Shown here one piece after another: positions 18,840 to 26,214 of a stretch of 40,000 nt of DNA (positions within the stretch are counted from its first letter, which is position 1; every line of letters begins with the position of its first letter). Under the pieces are notes generated by a model. The model saw only the letters and a list, made by a program, of their open reading frames with translations. It had not been told where the DNA came from and searched no databases. The position numbers were made by a program, and so were the translations under genes. The stretch is from NCBI RefSeq assembly GCF_024267675.1, contig NZ_JALDYX010000007.1, forward strand, positions 142,555-182,554. Direction: 5' to 3'. This stretch comes from Marinobacterium sedimentorum. GTDB lineage: Bacteria; Pseudomonadota; Gammaproteobacteria; Pseudomonadales; Balneatricaceae.

Positions 18840-19139
18840 TCAGTAACCCAGTCGCGCCATCTCGGCCTGGAAGCTGTCCGCGCTCCAGAGGGCCGAGGCT
18901 TCGGTGCGCGAACCGCGCGCGTTCAGCGCCCCAACCAGCTCATCAAGCCCCACCACGCCGGTGGCGAAAACTGCTTCAAGGTGGGCTACCAGCGCGTCTT
19001 CGTAGCGGCTCGGTTCGCGGTGGCGGGTCTGCCAGACAATATTCTCGGCCCGGCCCGGCACCTGAATGTTGTTGATGCCGGCTTCGGTGTTGGGCTCATT
19101 CCGGAACCAGGTAGCTAGCTTGGGGTTGTACTCGGTCAT
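18840..19139 (-). CDS. Small (99 aa) protein with a recombinase-domain-like helix-turn-helix C-terminus; function unknown
   Basis: GAGGAGA RBS lies 6 nt before the ATG at 19139. It is wedged between the ferredoxin and oxygenase genes with 11- and 23-nt gaps. The C-terminus LVGALNARGSRTEASALWSADSFQAEMARLGY resembles the LN..G..T..G..W motif of serine-recombinase 'Recombinase' domains. Confidence 0.55.
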   Translation of the reverse strand: MTEYNPKLATWFRNEPNTEAGINNIQVPGRAENIVWQTRHREPSRYEDALVAHLEAVFATGVVGLDELVGALNARGSRTEASALWSADSFQAEMARLGY

Positions 19140-19150
19140 GCTGTGTCTCC

Positions 19151-19459
19151 TCATGCCAGTTGCAGCTGAATGTCGTCGCCGTCGACCCGCACCGGGTAAA
19201 TGTTCAGGTTGCGACAGCCCGGGCCGCTTTCCAGCTTGCCGGTGGGGATATCGAAAATCGCTTCGTGCAGCGGACATTCGACGGTGCGGCCTTCAACGAA
19301 TCCCTGGGTCAGCAAGGCATAGGCGTGGGGGCAGATATCTTCGATGGCATAGAAGCCATCCTCCACCTTGAACACACCCAGCGCCCTGTCCTGGACCTTG
19401 ACTGAAAACGGGCTGTCTTCCGATACCTGCCCCACTTTGCAAACTGACACCCAGTTCAT
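19151..19459 (-). CDS. Rieske-type [2Fe-2S] ferredoxin component
   Basis: CPH..(17 aa)..CPLH ligand pairs. About 100 aa. The ATG at 19459 is preceded by AAGGTGG, and the GTG at 19468 in the ORF track overlaps that RBS. Confidence 0.85.
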   Translation of the reverse strand: MNWVSVCKVGQVSEDSPFSVKVQDRALGVFKVEDGFYAIEDICPHAYALLTQGFVEGRTVECPLHEAIFDIPTGKLESGPGCRNLNIYPVRVDGDDIQLQLA

Positions 19460-19508
19460 CTCGACCACCTTTTGTTTTATATATAAACACTCGTCTTATA
19501 TGCGAACA

Positions 19509-19537
19509 AGATTACCGCCACTCAAAATCCAAGTCAA
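19509..19537 (-). promoter_or_regulatory. Candidate sigma70 promoter for the Rieske operon
   Basis: The minus strand reads TTGACT - 17 nt - TAATCT, about 50 nt upstream of the ferredoxin ATG. This is a sequence match only. Confidence 0.4.
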
Positions 19538-20025
19538 CCCCAGGAGGAAGACAGGACCATAGCTCCCGATCACAGCATCAAAAATGCCCAAGAATAAAAA
19601 TAAATACATATAAAACAAATATTTAACGACTATAAAAACATCTTCCAGGCGCAACTCCTCCGCACCGGATGACGAGATAGGTCAGCAGAAAGAGCGAGCG
19701 ACGGAGGCTAACAAGCGGAAAAACAAGACTTTTTCATTAAAACTTGAATTTTCTGTTCAAACACAAAAATTCAGTGTATCGCCTGCGACTCAGTTCGAAA
19801 GCATGACAGGGAATGAACAGGAGATGGCGCTGATAACACCAAACCCGAAACGGGGATGAGAAACCAGGCATGATCGCCGGCGCCCCGGCCGGATACCGGT
19901 GTGCGCCAGGGTCGGGGGCCTCAGCTTAAGAGGTACGGCAGCACCCTCGAGTTAATAAGGAAGGAAGATGCAGGCCAATGGACGGCTCGCGACTCACGGA
20001 AAGAGTCGCCACCGGTGCTGGAATC

Positions 20026-20814
20026 TTAAAATTGCGACGAATGCAGGCTCAGCGTACGCGACAGATCCTGCGCCGCCTTGACGACCTCATCCCGGATACG
20101 ACCATCAAACTCGTCACGGGACAGGCTACCCAGCGGACAACTGACGGAGACCGCGGCAACGATACGCCGGTCTTCCACACTGAAAACCGGAGCAACGCAG
20201 GCCGCCATGCCGGGATTAAAATGCCCCCAGGCGATCGCTGCATCCTTCCCGCGATAACTGCGCACCCGCTCCAGCAGTGCCTCGGGGCTGGCGGGAGTGC
20301 TTTCGGTAAAACGATCGAAGCTGAAATCCTGGTACAGCGCTACAACCGCCTCGTCCGACAGGGTCGAAAGCATCAGCTGCCCGGTAACTGTGGCGTGGGC
20401 AGGCCAGCGTGTGCCCACCGATACGGTACTGGTGAAAGGCCCGGTGGCCTGGAAGCAATCGACAATCACGGTATTGCGGCCGTCGCGAATCAGCAGCTGG
20501 CTCGCCAGGGTTGTCTGGTTGCGCAGATGCTCCAGAATCGGCCGCGACGGCTCCAGCAGCTCCAGGCTGGAGAGGTATTGAAACCCCAGATCCAGAATAC
20601 GCGAACTCAGGGTATAGCGATTACTGTCGCCGATGCGCCTTATAAATCCACAGTGTTCCAGGGTATAAACGAGCCTGAAGGTACTGGAGCGATTGACGCC
20701 AATCGCCTCCGCCAGTTCGGATATAGACACTTCCCTGTTGGTTTTGCTGAACTGCTGCAGCACAGCCAGCCCCCTGACCAGACCCGGGACTATATAACGG
20801 TCATCTGTTTCCAT
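20026..20814 (-). CDS. IclR-family transcriptional regulator
   Basis: N-terminal winged HTH (VSISELAEAIGVNRSSTFRLVYTLEHCGFI) and a C-terminal IclR effector domain. I chose METDD at 20814 because the upstream extension in the ORF track is non-homologous. Confidence 0.9.
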   Translation of the reverse strand: METDDRYIVPGLVRGLAVLQQFSKTNREVSISELAEAIGVNRSSTFRLVYTLEHCGFIRRIGDSNRYTLSSRILDLGFQYLSSLELLEPSRPILEHLRNQTTLASQLLIRDGRNTVIVDCFQATGPFTSTVSVGTRWPAHATVTGQLMLSTLSDEAVVALYQDFSFDRFTESTPASPEALLERVRSYRGKDAAIAWGHFNPGMAACVAPVFSVEDRRIVAAVSVSCPLGSLSRDEFDGRIRDEVVKAAQDLSRTLSLHSSQF

Positions 20815-20938
20815 GATCTGCCTGTACCCACTGCGAACACTGCCAAAACGACCTGCGATTGGATCACGCGCCCCTGAAGCTGTCAATTGAAGCCCACGCC
20901 CTGGAAGACTCTGCGCCAATAAGCGGCAGATCAATTTT

Positions 20939-20954
20939 TTGACCTTTTGGAAAA
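20939..20954. promoter_or_regulatory. RutR-like (TetR-family pyrimidine regulator) operator candidate, site 1
   Basis: TTGACCTTTTGGAAAA compared with the remembered E. coli RutR consensus TTGACCAnnTGGTCAA (11/14 specified positions). Confidence 0.3.
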
Positions 20955-20987
20955 ATTACCTTGCCCGGTCAGTTTTCAGGTTATATA

Positions 20988-21003
20988 TTGACCAAAAGGT
21001 AAA
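20988..21003. promoter_or_regulatory. RutR-like operator candidate, site 2
   Basis: TTGACCAAAAGGTAAA matches 12/14 specified positions. It lies 49 bp from site 1 in the iclR/NCS1 divergent region. Confidence 0.35.
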
Positions 21004-21359
21004 ACAACAATAACAAACAACAGCCAGGGCCTCTTGTCCGATTCACCGGCGATTAACGGTAACGGATAAACACCCAGGCTCGCCAAGACGGAGACAGGAT
21101 CGTGTTCAGAACCTTATACCGCACCGCAAATCTGCAGCCGGCACATTACCTCCCCGGCAGCGCCCATAGCCCCACCCGTCCGCGAAGCCCGGCACCGCCC
21201 GGCGCTGTAACCTGATGTCTGCAGCTGGCGATTGCCGGATGATGACCAGCAGCGCGCACTGAGCAACACCCGCAAGCCCCGATCTCCGACCGATACCCGG
21301 CTGCCTGGCTGCGTCCAGACGGCACCGGGAGCATTTATAACAAAAAAAGAGGATGCATC

Positions 21360-22862
21360 ATGAGCACCGAGTCTCCCCGTACCTCAACCGCCGTCCAGGT
21401 GGGTGAGTTCTATGAACTCAATACAGGCCCGGACGTGCGCAACAGCGCCCACTATAACGAGGATATAGCCCCCACCCGGATCAGCGAGCGTACCTGGTCG
21501 ACCTGGAACGTCGCCGCCCTCTGGGTCGGCATGGCCATTTGCGTACCCACCTATACCCTGGGCGGCGTGCTCACCGCCTATTTCGGTCTGTCGGTGAGTG
21601 AGGCCCTGATCACCATCCTGCTGGCCAACCTGGTGGTGCTGATTCCGCTGACGCTCAACGCCTATGCCGGCACCAAGTTCGGCATCCCCTTTCCGGTATT
21701 GCTGCGCTCGTCCTTCGGTATTCTGGGCTCCAACATCCCCTGCCTGATTCGCGCCCTGGTGGCCTGTGGCTGGTTCGGCATCCAGACACTGTTCGGCGGC
21801 GTGGCCATCCATATACTCTTCTCGACCCTGATTCCCGGCTGGGAGAGCCTGGGCGGTACCGGCGAGGTCATCGGCTTCTTCATGTTCCTGGTGATGAACC
21901 TCTTTATCGTCATCAAGGGATCGGAATCCATCAAGATCCTGGAGACCCTGTCCGCTCCGCTGCTGCTGGGTGTGAGTATCGGCCTGATGATGTGGGCCAT
22001 GCCCCAGGTATCCATCACCGAGCTGCTGGAGATTCCCGCCAAACGTCCGGAAGGTGCCTCTTTCTGGGGTTACTTCTTCGGTGGACTGACCGCCATGGTC
22101 GGCTTCTGGGCCACCCTGTCCCTGAATATTCCGGACTTCAGCCGTTACGTTAAATCACAGAAGGACCAGATCACCGGCCAGATTATCGGCCTGCCCCTGA
22201 CCATGCTGTTCTTCGCGTCCCTGGGCGTTGTACTCACCGCCGCCTCCGCCAGCCTGGTGGGCGAAACCATTTCGGACCCGGTCAACCTGATCGGCAAGAT
22301 CGACAGCCCCGTCTGGGTCGTGATCGCCATGATCATGATCATCATCGCCACCCTGTCCACCAACACCGCCGCCAATATCGTCTCGCCGACCAATGATTTC
22401 CAGAACATAGCCCCCAAGAAAATCAACCAGACCCGCGGCGTGCTGCTGACCGGCGCCCTGGGCATAGTACTGATGGGCTGGGAGCTGCTGAAAAAGCTCG
22501 GCATCATCGAGTCCGATGTCAGTGTCGAGGCCATGTATACCGGCTGGCTGCTGGGCTACTCCAGCCTGCTGGGGCCGATTGCCGGCATCATGATCGTCGA
22601 CTATTTCGTCATCAAGCGTCAGTTCCTGAACCTGCCTGAACTGTACAAGACCCACGGCATCTATCGCGGCTTCAATCCCGCGGGCCTGACCGCCTTTGGC
22701 ATACCGGTGGCCCTGACGCTGTTTTCCATCAGCACCGGCTACCTGAACTGGTTCTATCAGTACGGCTGGTTTACCGGCTCCATTCTCGGCGGCCTGGTGT
22801 ACTGGGTTGCCGCCAGCAAGCAGCCTGCGCCCGTCACCCAGGGCCTGGCCCAGGGTAACTGA
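21360..22862 (+). CDS. NCS1-family nucleobase:cation symporter (uracil/hydantoin/allantoin permease-like)
   Basis: 500 aa with about 12 TM helices. The N-terminal NEDIAPT..ERTWSTWN motif is typical of NCS1 (Mhp1/PucI/FUR-like). AGAGGA RBS. Confidence 0.9.
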   Translation: MSTESPRTSTAVQVGEFYELNTGPDVRNSAHYNEDIAPTRISERTWSTWNVAALWVGMAICVPTYTLGGVLTAYFGLSVSEALITILLANLVVLIPLTLNAYAGTKFGIPFPVLLRSSFGILGSNIPCLIRALVACGWFGIQTLFGGVAIHILFSTLIPGWESLGGTGEVIGFFMFLVMNLFIVIKGSESIKILETLSAPLLLGVSIGLMMWAMPQVSITELLEIPAKRPEGASFWGYFFGGLTAMVGFWATLSLNIPDFSRYVKSQKDQITGQIIGLPLTMLFFASLGVVLTAASASLVGETISDPVNLIGKIDSPVWVVIAMIMIIIATLSTNTAANIVSPTNDFQNIAPKKINQTRGVLLTGALGIVLMGWELLKKLGIIESDVSVEAMYTGWLLGYSSLLGPIAGIMIVDYFVIKRQFLNLPELYKTHGIYRGFNPAGLTAFGIPVALTLFSISTGYLNWFYQYGWFTGSILGGLVYWVAASKQPAPVTQGLAQGN

Positions 22863-22942
22863 AGCCCGATGACGGCCGGAGCCCGCAAAGGGCCCCGACC
22901 GTCACAGGCCGACTGACTGTTTCAGGCTCTTGATTGTTTTAA

Positions 22943-24409
<1,467 letters not shown>

Positions 24410-24432
24410 ACACGACCCCAAGGAAAGAAGTC

Positions 24433-24876
24433 ATGAACTGGATTGGAATTCCGTTGACACTGCTGGCCGGCGGCATGCTGGCGCTGCAGATCGGCGTCAA
24501 CTCCACCCTGGCCCGTAACGCCGGTTTCGCCCTCTGGGCGTCCGGCGCCTCCTTCATCGTCGGCAGCCTTGCCCTTATGCTCTGCTGCATAGGTCTGCGG
24601 CTGCCCTGGCCGGGCTTAGAGGCATTGCGTGCGGCACCCGCCTGGTCCTGGACCGGAGGGCTGCTGGGTGCCTTTTATGTGACTACCCTGATCATTTTTG
24701 CGCCGCGCATAGGTGCAACCCTTGCGCTGGCGCTGGTCATCGCCGGCCAGCTGACCGGTGCCCTCTTGCTGGATCGCTTCGGCCTGTTCGGCTTTACGCC
24801 CCAGGCCATTACACCCGGACGCCTGGCAGGCGTTGCACTGATACTCACAGGTGCTCTGCTGATCCGCCGTTTTTGA
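24433..24876 (+). CDS. DMT-superfamily small membrane protein (DUF606/YdcZ-like)
   Basis: 147 aa with about 5 hydrophobic helices. The N-terminus LAGGMLALQIGVNSTLA is typical of the YdcZ family. It starts 24 nt after the dht stop. Confidence 0.68.
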   Translation: MNWIGIPLTLLAGGMLALQIGVNSTLARNAGFALWASGASFIVGSLALMLCCIGLRLPWPGLEALRAAPAWSWTGGLLGAFYVTTLIIFAPRIGATLALALVIAGQLTGALLLDRFGLFGFTPQAITPGRLAGVALILTGALLIRRF

Positions 24877-25067
24877 TCCCGGCATAGGTCACCATAAAGG
24901 ACAGGTGCGCCTGAACTGCGCGCCCGTTCATCCTGCTGCCCAAGCGGGTGCACACTTAAAACTCCATATTAAAAATCTATTTTTATCAAAAGGTTACAAA
25001 AAAACCCACCCTTAAGGCCCATTATCCTCCGGCAAGCCGACACTAAAGCCACTGCTATACTTAAAGC

Positions 25068-25082
25068 TGGCAAGCGCATTGC
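25068..25082 (+). promoter_or_regulatory. Candidate sigma54 (-24/-12) promoter
   Basis: cTGGCAagcgcaTTGCc has exact GG-N10-GC spacing. It lies 84 nt upstream of the ATG at 25166. No enhancer-binding protein gene is in the window. Confidence 0.35.
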
Positions 25083-25165
25083 CTACTTGGCTCAGCCCGC
25101 GCCCTGCCAAAGACGCTATACGAATCGAGAACAGGAGATCTCAGCCAACCCGCTGGAGGTGTGTC

Positions 25166-25720
25166 ATGAACCGGCACTATTACATCAGTGACAATCTCGA
25201 CGAACTTGAAACCGTCGAGCACGAGCTGGAAGCCAAGGGTATCAACACGGAACAGATCCATGTGCTGAGCGAAAATGAAGCCGCAGTCGAACAGCACCAC
25301 CTGCCGAAGGTGGTCTCGTTCATGAAACAGGATGTTGTACACTCCGGCGAAATTGGTGCCGCCATCGGTGTCGTGCTGGCCGCACTGCTGCTGGGCATCG
25401 CCTACGGCATGGGCTGGACTGAAACCGCCGCCGGCTGGATCCCCTTCGTCTTCCTCGCGGTCGTTATCCTGGGATTCTGCACCTGGGAAGGCGGTTTCTT
25501 CGGCCTCCAGGAACCCAATTCGCGTTTTCGCCGCTTCAAACGCCTGCTAAAGCACGGCAAGCATGTTTTTTTCGTCGATGTCGAACCGGACCAGGAGGAT
25601 ATTCTGGATCATGTGGTGAAACAGCATCCGCGCCTTAAACTCGCCGGCACCAGCGATGGAACACCACACTGGGTGGTTAGCTGGCAGCAGAAATGGCATC
25701 AGTTCAAACGCACCATCTAG
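25166..25720 (+). CDS. Hypothetical membrane protein (soluble N- and C-terminal domains flanking two TM helices)
   Basis: GGAGG RBS lies 7 nt before the ATG. Two hydrophobic segments (IGAAIGVVLAALLLGIAYG, WIPFVFLAVVILGFCTW). I recognised no motif. Confidence 0.6.
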   Translation: MNRHYYISDNLDELETVEHELEAKGINTEQIHVLSENEAAVEQHHLPKVVSFMKQDVVHSGEIGAAIGVVLAALLLGIAYGMGWTETAAGWIPFVFLAVVILGFCTWEGGFFGLQEPNSRFRRFKRLLKHGKHVFFVDVEPDQEDILDHVVKQHPRLKLAGTSDGTPHWVVSWQQKWHQFKRTI

Positions 25721-25961
25721 TACCATCTAGAATCTCGCAAGAAAACGGCGGGCGGCGCGACCAGCCGCTACGCCCTACAATGCTGCTGTGGAAAAGCCCT
25801 GCACAAGTTTTCACAGCGCCATTATCGGCCTCTTCTGCGGCTCATTTTTCCAAGGCACAGTGCAGATACTGTGCACCGGGCCAGATCCTTTTAAATGCGG
25901 GCCTTTCCATCAAGTGAACGGAGCTTACCCCCAGGCTATCAACAGCCTTGCCCAGTGCTTT

Positions 25962-26031
25962 TGTGGGTAAAATCCACAGGCATTACGCATCAATTTATAC
26001 ATAAACAGTTATCCACACCCCTTTTCCCACA
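25962..26031. promoter_or_regulatory. Cluster of DnaA-box-like 9-mers
   Basis: Perfect TTATCCACA at 26009-26017. TGTGGGTAA (8/9, inverted) at 25962-25970. AAATCCACA (7/9) at 25970-25978. TTTCCCACA (7/9) at 26023-26031. A further 8/9 box, TGTGGAAAA, lies at 25787-25795. Confidence 0.5.
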
Positions 26032-26118
26032 GAGCCTGCAGAGCCCCGTGCGGCTCCCCCTCCCCTATACTTGAAACGACGACCTGCAGCCAGGCAGCCC
26101 GAAGCTGCGGGCGATTTC

Positions 26119-26210
26119 TTTCAAGCTAGGGGAATCAAGCTCAGTGCTCCAAGCTCAGGGCATCAAGCTCGGGGTATCAGGCACCGGCTATCAAACATCA
26201 GCTCAGGAGG
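26119..26210 (+). repeat. Degenerate tandem repeat of about 14 bp (core TCAAGCTCRGGG), 5-6 units, ending in the kynA Shine-Dalgarno
   Basis: Units: tttcaagctagggga / atcaagctcagtgct / ccaagctcagggc / atcaagctcggggt / atcaggcaccggct / atcaaacatcagctcaggagg. Confidence 0.8.
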
Positions 26211-26214
26211 CAGC

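Noticed and set aside
19783-19800. A tRNA T-loop-like string (CAGTTCGAAAGC) in the AT-rich spacer.
   Set aside because: The flanking sequence cannot form acceptor, D or anticodon stems. It is only a GTTCGAA coincidence, or possibly an IclR half-site.
21102-21215. A 37-codon GTG-initiated ORF with an upstream GGAGA in the NCS1 leader, and the 62-aa minus-strand ORF at 21146-21334.
   Set aside because: Neither has a recognisable motif, both have Pro/Arg/Ala-rich composition typical of random high-GC frames, and neither has any supporting context.
21195-21235. A TPP-riboswitch-like string (AACCTGATGTCTGCAGCTGGCG versus the conserved ACCUGAUCUGGAUAAUGCCAGCG) in the NCS1 leader.
   Set aside because: The CUGAGA element and the GGGG/ACCC pairing partner are missing upstream, and the P5 stem (CUGG..CCAG) is not reproduced. 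The resemblance is only a partial string match.
22871-22903. A 14-bp imperfect hairpin (GACGGCCGGAGCCC..GGGCCCCGACCGTC) between the NCS1 and dihydropyrimidinase genes, considered as a terminator.
   Set aside because: It has no U-tract, and the downstream gene has no separate promoter signal. It is more likely an mRNA-stabilising or processing hairpin within an operon, and the evidence is too weak to annotate.
25787-26031. Interpreting the DnaA-box cluster as the chromosomal origin, oriC.
   Set aside because: There are no flanking origin-associated genes (dnaA, dnaN, rpmH, gidA, mioC, parAB), no obvious array of AT-rich 13-mers, and only one perfect box. I kept it as a finding, but not as oriC.
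26071-26214. A TTG-initiated 48-aa N-terminal extension of kynA in the ORF track, which translates the tandem repeat as ..ARGIK..ARGIR..
   Set aside because: It has no RBS and a rare start codon, while the ATG at 26215 has a perfect AGGAGG and aligns with the TDO N-terminus. The repeat is better explained as non-coding.
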